The translations under genes were made by a program, and so were the position numbers. This document shows positions 10,051 to 18,903 of a stretch of 64,000 nucleotides of DNA, one piece after another (position 1 is the first letter of the stretch; each line of letters starts with the position of its first letter). The notes below the pieces were generated by a model that saw only the letters and a program-made list of their open reading frames with translations, ran no database searches and was not told the origin of the DNA. Location of the stretch: NCBI GenBank assembly GCA_000960865.2, contig JZWU02000003.1:1-64000 (forward strand), in the 5' to 3' direction. Source of the DNA: Vulcanisaeta sp. AZ3 (GTDB taxonomy: Archaea; Thermoproteota; Thermoprotei; Thermoproteales; Thermocladiaceae).

Positions 10051-10497
10051 GTGGTTGAGAAGACAAGAACAATAGCAATTCAACGCGATTGTAAGGAGTG
10101 CCTTAATATAATCCTTAATTCTCTATCAACGCTTAAAGGCGTATTGCTAATGAGGATTTTTGACGATATGTTTGTGATTACCTACGATACTGATAAGATT
10201 AAGTTTAATGATATAGTGCAATTAATACTATCCCTAGGCGTGGGTGTTTTTCTCAGGAAGGTCATCATTTCAGTTAACACCAAGGCTTTAGATGCAGAGA
10301 GTTTATCTAAGTCACTTATTGAATCAGTAGATGGAGTTGTTGAATTAATACTTGATCCGCATGCATCATTAATATCAATACTCATGCATCCCGATGTTAA
10401 TCCTAGCGAGGTTATTAATTTATTAAAAGCTAGAGGTGTGAATGTACGTGAAGTTGTAATTGATGAGGTTTCTCAAGTAATGATGGCGAGGTCTTGA
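10051..10497 (+). CDS. Tandem HMA/ferredoxin-like fold protein
   Basis: N-terminal DCKEC, then GV...ITYD pattern typical of heavy-metal-associated domains; second repeat lacks CxxC. Confidence 0.6.
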   Translation: MVEKTRTIAIQRDCKECLNIILNSLSTLKGVLLMRIFDDMFVITYDTDKIKFNDIVQLILSLGVGVFLRKVIISVNTKALDAESLSKSLIESVDGVVELILDPHASLISILMHPDVNPSEVINLLKARGVNVREVVIDEVSQVMMARS

Positions 10498-10498
10498 T

Positions 10499-11659
10499 TT
10501 AAGGTGGTGTTGGATGAACCAAGTCAGTAGGTAAATCTAATTGTTTGACGACCTTAGCAAGGTGCTTAAGGTATATTGTTAGCCCCCTATCCTGCGCGGC
10601 CCTATCCACAATGGCCTGTATTATTTCAATTACCACATCATAGATCTCCTTATTGACGGGGTATGGTGACCCATCCTTACCGCCTAACGCGAAGGCATAC
10701 CTTCTGGGGTCTATGTTTGCAGGGTCTTCCCAATCAACTGTATCTCTATACACAAGTTCTGCTATTAGGGCTAGGGCGAGCATCGTGCTTGGGCCAAGAC
10801 CCCTCACTAGTAATAATTCTTTGAAATTATTGGCCTCCCTAGCTCTCTTAATAGCATCCTCATTTATTGATGCCTCATAAGGCCTGAAGATGCCGCTTAT
10901 GTATGGATTGTAGTACTTGGGTAATTCCTTGTTGAGGTACGTGAGTATTGATGAATTCCCTTTAATCATAGCCTTGATTAGACTCCAGTCCCTAATCACC
11001 TTATTGGGGTCTTGATGGACTAAGTCAAGTATGGCTTTTCTGGCATCCTCACTAACATTACTAACCATGTTTAGGGCACTCCTACCCTTAATACCCACAA
11101 TACCTGTGTGTGGTTCATTAAGGAGGTCATTCTCCATCCAGATATGGTACCTCCTGGCATACCTAGTCTTCTCATTTAGACCTTGCTGTACCACGGTCCA
11201 TGTACCGTCAGAACCAACAATCATCGCATGGTGGTATAACCTATACCCATCTTGGAGCGCAGTATTATCTATCTTAGCCGATAGTCTCGATACCATCTTC
11301 AGTAATTCAACATCAACATCCCACTGCTTACTAAGTTCCTCAATCTCTATTGGCGTATTCAATGCGTAGACCCCCTTACCACCAACAACCTTTATACCCA
11401 CATCCTCCTTAGCCAGCGACTCCTTAAGCGCAGCAGTAGTTATTGTAGTACTTCCTGAGGAATCCCAATCCATCCCGATTATGTTATTAAAGGCTTGGAA
11501 GAATATTGGGTTCGAAAACAACCTTATTGTTTCCCTAATACCATGTTCATTAATGAGCAGTTCAACAATTAATCCACTTAACTTAACCATCCTGCTATAT
11601 AACCATGGTGGTACGTGCCCCGTGTGTAACGGTAAATCGGCAAAACCCGATATACCCAC
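10499..11659 (-). CDS. DUF763 family protein
   Basis: G.ADLPLH.GHVP.WL, GMDWDSSG.TT, QDGY.LYHH, ARRYH, GGKDG.PYP. Confidence 0.9.
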   Translation of the reverse strand: MGISGFADLPLHTGHVPPWLYSRMVKLSGLIVELLINEHGIRETIRLFSNPIFFQAFNNIIGMDWDSSGSTTITTAALKESLAKEDVGIKVVGGKGVYALNTPIEIEELSKQWDVDVELLKMVSRLSAKIDNTALQDGYRLYHHAMIVGSDGTWTVVQQGLNEKTRYARRYHIWMENDLLNEPHTGIVGIKGRSALNMVSNVSEDARKAILDLVHQDPNKVIRDWSLIKAMIKGNSSILTYLNKELPKYYNPYISGIFRPYEASINEDAIKRAREANNFKELLLVRGLGPSTMLALALIAELVYRDTVDWEDPANIDPRRYAFALGGKDGSPYPVNKEIYDVVIEIIQAIVDRAAQDRGLTIYLKHLAKVVKQLDLPTDLVHPTPP

Positions 11660-11767
11660 GATTAATTAAGTCAGGACCCTTTATAAAGTCCTTTTGTTTA
11701 AATACCCTCGGTAAGGTCTCATTATGAGGTTATATTTTTATGCTAGATTCCGTTCACTAAAGAATTA

Positions 11768-12982
11768 ATGGACTTCGGTCTGAGCAGGGAGGAGAGTCTA
11801 TTTAGAGATTCTGTTAGGGAGTTGGGTGAACGTTACATAAAACCATATTGGGTAGATCTCGATGAAGGTAAATACTCACTACTGAACATAATACCGAGAC
11901 TTGCAGAGCATGGGTTAGTCGGCCTAACCCTAAGTTCTAAGTATGGTGGTTCTGAGGGTTCATTCCTAATGGCTGCTATAGCGGCTGAGGAACTTGCCTA
12001 TGCAGACCCAAGTCTAGCTGTTCCTGTTTACTTCCTACTAGAGACTGCATGGCCCTTCATAGTACAGCGATACGCTAGGGATAGTGTTAAGGAGGAGGTT
12101 CTACCGAGGCTTACCAAGGGCGAGGCTTGGATTGGTATTGCATCCACAGAGCCTCAGGGCGGTAGTGATGTTGCTAGTGAGAGGACTGAGGCTAGGCTTG
12201 TCAATGGTAAGTTTGTGGTTTCTGGTGAAAAGAATATGGTTACTGGCGTATCGATAGCTCTTAATTTACCCTATGGTGGTGGTTTTGTAACGATAACCAG
12301 AACAGGCTCCCTAGAGGCTAAACACAGGGCGATAACAACAATGTTACTTATGATCAAGAGGAATGGCGTGATCAATCAGGGCTTTGAGAATAAAGACTAT
12401 GAGGAATGGGGTAGAAGAGGCATACCTACAGGTTATTTAAGACTTAATGGAATAACCGTCGACCCAGATTTCGTGCTTGGAGAGGTCAATGGGGGCTTTA
12501 AGATAGCCATGGAGGGCTTCGACGTAGCTAGGACGCTAATTGGTGCGGCTGCCCTTGGCACAACGCGTTGGATGCTTGAACAGGGTAAGGAATGGGCTAA
12601 GAATAGAGTGATCTTTGGTAAGCCCATATCCTCATACCAAGCAATTAGTTTTAAGTACGCCGAACTAAGTACTAGACTTGAGGCCGCCAGGCTCATGGTT
12701 TATAAGGCAGCTTGGTTGGCTGATGAATTCTATAGAGGCGGCTCGATCTCCATACTGGATGTTGCCAATGCTGGTGCAATGGCAAAAATGCTTGCCGTGG
12801 AATTAGCGATCGATGCTGGGCTAGAGGTTATGAAGTGGTTTGGCGGTGTTAGTTACTTCAAGGAGACGCCCATAGCTAGGGCATTGTTGGGAGCACTGAG
12901 TTATTACGTAGGTGCTGAGGGTACACAGAATATTATGAGGCTTATAATTGCTAGGAACCTAATAGGTAAGGAGGTAGAGTAG
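11768..12982 (+). CDS. Acyl-CoA dehydrogenase
   Basis: TEPQGGSDV, R.IFGKPI..YQAI, AKM, GAEGTQNIMR. Confidence 0.92.
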   Translation: MDFGLSREESLFRDSVRELGERYIKPYWVDLDEGKYSLLNIIPRLAEHGLVGLTLSSKYGGSEGSFLMAAIAAEELAYADPSLAVPVYFLLETAWPFIVQRYARDSVKEEVLPRLTKGEAWIGIASTEPQGGSDVASERTEARLVNGKFVVSGEKNMVTGVSIALNLPYGGGFVTITRTGSLEAKHRAITTMLLMIKRNGVINQGFENKDYEEWGRRGIPTGYLRLNGITVDPDFVLGEVNGGFKIAMEGFDVARTLIGAAALGTTRWMLEQGKEWAKNRVIFGKPISSYQAISFKYAELSTRLEAARLMVYKAAWLADEFYRGGSISILDVANAGAMAKMLAVELAIDAGLEVMKWFGGVSYFKETPIARALLGALSYYVGAEGTQNIMRLIIARNLIGKEVE

Positions 12983-13047
12983 TAAGCTCGTTAGTAAAGA
13001 GTAAAGGCAAAAATATTTTTAAAATCCAAATCACGCATTCGAATGCT

Positions 13048-13455
13048 ATGTCTCAACAAGGAGCAGTACAATCAAAGCCAGGAACGGCATATGTATTATC
13101 GCTTATAGGGAGTATACTCATGTTAATATCCGCAATTGTAATAATAATTGGAGGCGTAATATTGAGTTCTATGCAAGTTTTCTTTGGTTATCATAGATTT
13201 TACCCTATTATGCCTGGCTTTATTTTTGCGCCTGCTTTCGTAATTGTGTTTGGTATTATTGGTTTAATTGTGAGTGCGTTGGCTTTATACTTCTCTATTA
13301 GATTGAGTAGGTTAAGTGATGTTGATGCTGTGCACAATACTGGTATTGTGCTTCTCATCTTATCAATAGTAGGTCTATTCACAGCCAACGGCTTCATCAT
13401 AGGCTTCATACTACTCCTCGTAGGTTCAATACTAGCTCTAACGTGGAAACCATAA
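13048..13455 (+). CDS. Small multi-TM membrane protein
   Basis: Hydrophobic helices; GFIIGFILLLVGSILAL C-terminus typical of crenarchaeal DUF4064-like proteins. Confidence 0.75.
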   Translation: MSQQGAVQSKPGTAYVLSLIGSILMLISAIVIIIGGVILSSMQVFFGYHRFYPIMPGFIFAPAFVIVFGIIGLIVSALALYFSIRLSRLSDVDAVHNTGIVLLILSIVGLFTANGFIIGFILLLVGSILALTWKP

Positions 13456-13482
13456 AAACTAGGCCTAGAATCTCCTTTAAAA

Positions 13483-13722
13483 ATGATTAGCAAGGCTGTT
13501 ATTAAGTACATGAGGGATTTATTAAATCCCTACTCTGAATATTACTCAGACGGTATGTTAAACAGTGAGGGCATGACACTGCTAAGGATAATAGCTAGGG
13601 AAGTACTTAAGGAAAACCCAAACCTAAGGCCTAGATTTGTAAAGGCAAGGCGTAGGCGGGATTATGAGTATATTGCTGAGCTTATTAATGATGTATTTTC
13701 CTCTCTTTCGCAGCCTTCTTAA
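13483..13722 (+). CDS. Hypothetical protein
   Basis: 79-aa ORF with normal codon usage. Confidence 0.65.
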   Translation: MISKAVIKYMRDLLNPYSEYYSDGMLNSEGMTLLRIIAREVLKENPNLRPRFVKARRRRDYEYIAELINDVFSSLSQPS

Positions 13723-13894
13723 TGAATTTAGTCGACTTATTGTAAATTTTATTGATGTTGAAGCCTCTACCCTTCACTATGATCATTATCAGCAGTATAA
13801 TTAGCAATACCGAGGAAGCCACACGCTTAAGAAACATAATTAGCGCGCCCACTATCTTATTCACAATCAATGCACCCATGATAACTAAACGCAA
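13685..13894 (-). CDS. Possible small membrane protein
   Basis: Hydrophobic ORF filling the intergenic gap; start uncertain. Confidence 0.35.
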   Translation of the reverse strand: MRLVIMGALIVNKIVGALIMFLKRVASSVLLIILLIMIIVKGRGFNINKIYNKSTKFIKKAAKERKIHH

Positions 13895-13930
13895 TAACTA
13901 CTTATATCTATCTCCATAATTAAATAATAC

Positions 13931-15442
13931 GTGGCGGAATTAACAACAGCACTTAGCATTGCCAGAATGTGTTCCTCTCTAATCGATTTAATGGGTGGTT
14001 CAACGGCTGAGTATGAATTCATACAATGGCTTCTTAATCAGATGGATAATCCAATGCTAACTTACGAGTTACATCCAATCAGCACCTTGGTTTGGAGGGA
14101 TAGGTTCTCAAGGATTATTTATGGTAATAAGGAGTTTAAAGCCTTAAGCATGCCCTTGACTCTTGGGGGTTCAGGTAGGGGTAAACTCACCATGGACACT
14201 AATGATGCGGAAGGTAAGGTTTTGCTTACGGATTTTCCTGAGGATATGGATGATGCGAAGTACATGTACATAAAAGCCATGGAAAAGGGAGCCCTTGCTG
14301 TAATCTTTAGAGATAGGTATTCAGGTGTTAATAGGAGAATTGTAGTTACAGCAACTCCTGATTACTCATGGAATAGGGCACCACCACCAGTAACTCCAGC
14401 TCTCATGGTATCTAGGGAAATTGGTGATGAGTTAAGTAAGTATGTTGGTGAGGATGTAGAGTTTATTAGTGATGTAGAGACTGGTCTAGGTACTGGTTAT
14501 AATCTGATAGTGAATCTTGAGGGTGATAAGGAGGAGAGTGTGGTATTGGCTGTTCATCATGATCACTGGTTAACGGGTTTTTCTGATGATTGCCTAGGGG
14601 TTGGTCTTGGCGTTCAATTACTTCTTGATAAGATTAGAAGCAGAGGTGAGTTGAAGAGGGGTTTAAGTCTAATTTCTTTCACGGCGGAGGAGGCTGGTAA
14701 TCCAGGCTTTGCGGGTCTCTATTGGGCTTATGGATCCACTAGATACGTAGAATACTTAAGTAGGAGGAATTTACTCGGTAGTGTTTATGCTGTGTTTGAT
14801 TTAGATGTAATTGGTAGGCAATACGTAATACACACGAGTGAAGATCTCTCACCTCAACTCAGTCAGTTAATCAATGCCCAGTGGGAGTTGCCGAAGCCCT
14901 ATTTCGATGCGTTGAATTTTGAGATGAATGGTGTACCTGCAATGACAATTTCAAGTCTTGATCATTACTGGGATGTCTACCATACTGATAAAGATAATGA
15001 GAATAACATAAACATTAAGGATTTGGAATCTGCATATGACGCAGCACAGCAATTATTAAATTATTTATTGACGAATGACCTAACGCCATCACCATACATA
15101 TCAGTCTTGAATAGGGACTTGGTAAGTGTTGGGTTGGGCATTGAACTTAAGGAGGATTGGTTAACGTATAGACTCGTTAAGTATTTATTATCTAAGTACC
15201 TAGTTGAGTATAGGCGTGATGGTTCTATAAAAACCATATACACGAACTCCATACTATCCTACGTGAGGAGGTTCATAAATATAAATGACATAAACCAGGT
15301 ACCACTTAAGGTCGAGGAAATGGGTACCGGCAAGGTTATCATGGATACAAGTACGGTAAAGAACCTCAAACAACTAAGTAATTACATATCGCAAGTAATA
15401 GAGTCGTTAACAGAGGACATGAGTATAAACATCACAACCTAA
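13931..15442 (+). CDS. M28 family metallopeptidase with PA domain
   Basis: HHDH, DD..GV, AEEAG, DLD, YHT.KD motifs. Confidence 0.85.
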   Translation: MAELTTALSIARMCSSLIDLMGGSTAEYEFIQWLLNQMDNPMLTYELHPISTLVWRDRFSRIIYGNKEFKALSMPLTLGGSGRGKLTMDTNDAEGKVLLTDFPEDMDDAKYMYIKAMEKGALAVIFRDRYSGVNRRIVVTATPDYSWNRAPPPVTPALMVSREIGDELSKYVGEDVEFISDVETGLGTGYNLIVNLEGDKEESVVLAVHHDHWLTGFSDDCLGVGLGVQLLLDKIRSRGELKRGLSLISFTAEEAGNPGFAGLYWAYGSTRYVEYLSRRNLLGSVYAVFDLDVIGRQYVIHTSEDLSPQLSQLINAQWELPKPYFDALNFEMNGVPAMTISSLDHYWDVYHTDKDNENNINIKDLESAYDAAQQLLNYLLTNDLTPSPYISVLNRDLVSVGLGIELKEDWLTYRLVKYLLSKYLVEYRRDGSIKTIYTNSILSYVRRFININDINQVPLKVEEMGTGKVIMDTSTVKNLKQLSNYISQVIESLTEDMSINITT

Positions 15443-15903
15443 ACCTCCTTAGTTCCAGTTTTCTCTCTAATCAATGTACTAGAGACCTTATTGCCAAATC
15501 CGTCCTTAATTATCGGTACAGCAATGATATAGAGAGGCCTTAATCCTCTCTCTCTCCTCAGATTATTTATCTCAATAGCTCTCGGTAGTGTCTCTAGACT
15601 TACGACTATTGCATCAATCGTTGGATCAACAATTGTTGGGCCATATGGGTCGTTAATGAAGTCAACGATTACATCATCCTCATTACCCCCTAACTCTTTA
15701 ATGAGACTCTTGAGGTTTAAGACTCTTATCTTCATGGGCTTTACCTTATATGTTTTATAGGATTGCGCAAACTCATCGCTAGTAACTCCAACTAGAACCT
15801 TACGCCCATGTTTAAGTGCCGTGAATAACAATGCAACGTGGCCTGTGTGTAGTGTGTCGAATGTACCGCCTAGGGCAACTTTCCTAAACTTATACTCTCT
15901 CAT
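15439..15903 (-). CDS. coaD: Phosphopantetheine adenylyltransferase (archaeal/eukaryotic type)
   Basis: GGTFDTLHTGH, DPYGPT, VVS.ET, KVSSTLIR. Confidence 0.93.
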   Translation of the reverse strand: MREYKFRKVALGGTFDTLHTGHVALLFTALKHGRKVLVGVTSDEFAQSYKTYKVKPMKIRVLNLKSLIKELGGNEDDVIVDFINDPYGPTIVDPTIDAIVVSLETLPRAIEINNLRRERGLRPLYIIAVPIIKDGFGNKVSSTLIREKTGTKEV

Positions 15904-16064
15904 GCTATTAATTACCAGGCTAAACCTAGTTCTCGGTCCTTAATAAGTATTATATGGTTTCCTCTTTTCGTGACAAACTATATATGTAATAGTTAATTAT
16001 ATATAATGGGTAGAAAAGTATCACTTAAGAGTAGGTTTTTTATACTCAATTATACCCTATATGT

Positions 16065-17054
16065 GTGTCATCGATATATAGGAGGGTTATTAGGATTGGT
16101 GAGAAGAGTATAGGGATAACACTGCCGAGACGATGGCTTGATACAATCAACGTAGGCATTGGCGATGTTGTTGAGATTAACCTTGTGGGTAAGGTAATAG
16201 TCATTAAACCAATAACACAGGCTGGTGGTGAGACCAACGAGGTCAGCATATCGCTTAGCGGTACTGCTGATGAAACAACTAGGGTAATAATTGCGAGTTA
16301 TATTGAGGGTTATGATAATATCGAGCTCATAGGCCAAAAGGATACCATTCGTAGGGCATTTTCCAGTGTTGAGAATAAGTTACCTGGTTCTCTCATGCTC
16401 GAGAGTGACGGCAGTGTATTAATTAAGGTGGCTACGAGTGAGTCAAATGTTGATCTTAATGAGGTGATTAATAGTATGGCCAATATTCTAAATTCAATGT
16501 TCGATAAATTCATTGATTATCTAAATACGAACATAATTAATCAGTTAAATGAGGTTCTCGAATTAGACAATCAAATGGATAAGCTTTACTTTTTAGCCCT
16601 GAGGACTATTAAGAAATTATCTTTTAGAGATCCGAAGAGGGCAATTGATGATACAATAGTGGTTAAAAATCTAGAGCACGCAGCGGATGCACTAGATAGG
16701 CTATCCAATGCCTTCATGAGGGTTCAACCAACGCAATGTAGGCGTGAGATTAGTGAGAAGCTTAGGGATGTTTGGACGTACATAATGAAGGCTGTGTATG
16801 CATACCTAGACAATAACATAGGTAATGCCCTGAGGGTACTTCTTGATAGAGAGCGCATGTTAAATAATATGCTTGAGCTTGCAAACATGGGTTGCGTAAA
16901 CTTAAGCGATTTATTAACAGCCGTGATACATGAAGGACAATTAATTGTCGCACTGGCAGCCGACATAGCTGAAGCGTCCTTCAGTAGGCATGTTAGGAGC
17001 ATTGCAAAGCCAATAAAAGTACCAACCGGAGAGGAGTTGAGCAGCGAGGAGTGA
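16065..17054 (+). CDS. AbrB-PhoU phosphate uptake regulator
   Basis: N-terminal AbrB (RRV..IG..S..ITLP..W), SYI.GYD.I, PhoU repeats (LEHAAD). Confidence 0.85.
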   Translation: MSSIYRRVIRIGEKSIGITLPRRWLDTINVGIGDVVEINLVGKVIVIKPITQAGGETNEVSISLSGTADETTRVIIASYIEGYDNIELIGQKDTIRRAFSSVENKLPGSLMLESDGSVLIKVATSESNVDLNEVINSMANILNSMFDKFIDYLNTNIINQLNEVLELDNQMDKLYFLALRTIKKLSFRDPKRAIDDTIVVKNLEHAADALDRLSNAFMRVQPTQCRREISEKLRDVWTYIMKAVYAYLDNNIGNALRVLLDRERMLNNMLELANMGCVNLSDLLTAVIHEGQLIVALAADIAEASFSRHVRSIAKPIKVPTGEELSSEE

Positions 17055-17066
17055 TTAGGAAACGTT

Positions 17067-17115
17067 ATGATGAGCACGTCGGTAGCTGATGGATGAGGAT
17101 GGTCAGAGATGCTGA
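17067..17115 (+). ncRNA. Box C/D guide sRNA overlapping the start of the METTL5-like gene
   Basis: C ATGATGA 17067-73; guide GCACGTCGGTAG; D' CTGA; C' TGGATGA; guide GGATGGTCAGAGATG; D CTGA 17112-15. Confidence 0.8.
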
Positions 17116-17755
17116 AATACGTAGATTAAGGGATCTAGAACTACTCGTACAAAACATACCTAGTTATACCCACCCTAAGTTAGTTCTTGAGCAGTACGTG
17201 ACAGATGCTAACATAGTAGCTGTTGCGGTTTGGGATGCTTACATTAGGGGTTATTTAATGGGTGCTAAGGTCCTCGATCTAGGGTGTGGGACGGGTAGGT
17301 TCTCAATTGCAGCTGCACTAATGGGTGCTAGGCACGTTGCGTGTGTGGATGTGGATTTGAGTGCTGTAAATGTTGCTAAGAAATACGTGGATAAGCACGG
17401 ACTTAATAATGTGGATTTCATAGTAATGGATGCGAGGCAAGATGCATTAAGGGGAGAATACAATGTTGTGTTTCAAAATCCACCCTTTGGGATATGGACA
17501 GAGAGAGGTATTGATGTGAAGTTCCTAAAGACTGCTATGAGACATAGTAATGTAATTTACACAATACATAAATTAACCACGTTAAAATTCATAAGCGAGA
17601 AATTAAAAGGATGGGGCTGCACAATGAGTATTTTGGATACGATCACAATAACAATACCACCAATGTACTTGCATCACAGGAAAAGAAAGTATAGAGTCAA
17701 GGTATTTCTGGCAAGAGCTGAGTGCGGAAATAAGGGAGGAATTAATGTGAAATAA
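17093..17755 (+). CDS. METTL5-family (COG2263) N6-adenine RNA methyltransferase
   Basis: LEQY.T, DLGCGTG, QNPPFG, IY.IH, MY.HH. Confidence 0.9.
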   Translation: MRMVRDAEIRRLRDLELLVQNIPSYTHPKLVLEQYVTDANIVAVAVWDAYIRGYLMGAKVLDLGCGTGRFSIAAALMGARHVACVDVDLSAVNVAKKYVDKHGLNNVDFIVMDARQDALRGEYNVVFQNPPFGIWTERGIDVKFLKTAMRHSNVIYTIHKLTTLKFISEKLKGWGCTMSILDTITITIPPMYLHHRKRKYRVKVFLARAECGNKGGINVK

Positions 17756-17793
17756 AAGTAAAGTTAAAAATACCAATAGTGATTAAGGAAATT

Positions 17794-17881
17794 GCGGGGG
17801 TGCCCGAGCCAGGTCAAAGGGGACGGGTTCAGGTCCCGTTGGCGAAGGCCTGCGTGGGTTCGAATCCCACCCCCCGCACCA
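17794..17881 (+). tRNA. tRNA-Leu(CAG), CCA encoded
   Basis: GCGGGGG acceptor stem, ACGGG-TTCAGGT-CCCGT anticodon arm, long variable arm, GTTCGAATC; TATA-like GTTAAAAA at 17763. Confidence 0.97.
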
Positions 17882-17957
17882 AATGCAGCGAGCCAACCAT
17901 GGCAGGCCTACCTCAGGAGAGTTAATTTTTTAAGTTGTTGTGGTGCATTGTGATGTG

Positions 17958-18230
17958 ATGAAGGTTCAGGTTAAGTTTCTTGCTTCGATGTATGCCGTTA
18001 CTAAGGTGCTTAAGACTGAGATTAATGTACCTGAAAATACCACCGTTAAGGATTTAATTCAAATAATCGATAAGACAATAAATCCCAATTTCTCAAAGGC
18101 AATCCTCGACGACAACGGTAAGTTAAAGGTTCGTCATGTGATATTAATTAATAGTAGATCAATAGACTTCCTTAAAGGTCTAGACACAAAACTATCAAAC
18201 AATGATGAAGTTATATTTTTAGGATGCTAG
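17958..18230 (+). CDS. MoaD/Urm1/SAMP ubiquitin-like protein lacking the C-terminal GG (possible pseudogene)
   Basis: Beta-grasp pattern VKFLA...TVKDL...ILIN.R.I..L.GLDT.L...DEV.F but ends LGC*. Confidence 0.75.
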   Translation: MKVQVKFLASMYAVTKVLKTEINVPENTTVKDLIQIIDKTINPNFSKAILDDNGKLKVRHVILINSRSIDFLKGLDTKLSNNDEVIFLGC

Positions 18231-18280
18231 TTACAGCAATATCCGCCAATACAAACCTTCTATTGACAAATACTGCCATA

Positions 18281-18895
18281 TTACTCTTCGATTTTTGGTA
18301 AGTATTTAATTCTATTTTGAAGCTTAACGTATATCTTAACCCAATCAATCTTAAACAAAGCCACTGCTAACGCCGTAAATGCCACAGCCATAATAACCTG
18401 AAACGTTGATAAGCTCACACTAAATCTTAACACTTCATATAATGATGAAAAGAGCATAAGCTCTATCGGTATCTCCACAGAGCTCTTTATTAACTTACCT
18501 ACAAATATGTACGCATTTAACAATAACGGCCTTACAACAGCAGCCCCAGCACCTATGTATAAGTAATCATCAAGTGGCAGACCTGGTATTGCAGCAAGTA
18601 TTATTACCAACACCCAAAACGGTGCCTTATTTGACAGAGCCATTATTAATTTAACTGCACTTGTTCTCCTAAGCGGTCTCTTTAACGCATAACCTAGAGC
18701 GTAGGATACGTTTTTAGATACTGCAGCGCCAATTGCGGTTATTACAATTACCGTCGCAATGCTATAAACAGATCCACCATTACTGAGAAGAACTAATGAT
18801 GCATATACAGTGTACGCCTCACCGAAGAATGGGAGAGCATTACTTATGAAACTTATGAAAAATATTGATAGTAATGTTATTATATCCATACTCAT
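18281..18895 (-). CDS. Membrane protein, DedA/VTT-like
   Basis: SNALPFFG, G...SK.VSY.LG, P.LPLDD, GK..K pattern. Confidence 0.7.
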   Translation of the reverse strand: MSMDIITLLSIFFISFISNALPFFGEAYTVYASLVLLSNGGSVYSIATVIVITAIGAAVSKNVSYALGYALKRPLRRTSAVKLIMALSNKAPFWVLVIILAAIPGLPLDDYLYIGAGAAVVRPLLLNAYIFVGKLIKSSVEIPIELMLFSSLYEVLRFSVSLSTFQVIMAVAFTALAVALFKIDWVKIYVKLQNRIKYLPKIEE

Positions 18896-18903
18896 CCTTA
18901 AAC

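Noticed and set aside
15976-15994. AACTAT-N7-ATAGTT palindrome upstream of the AbrB-PhoU regulator
   Set aside because: Six-bp arms in very AT-rich DNA are expected by chance
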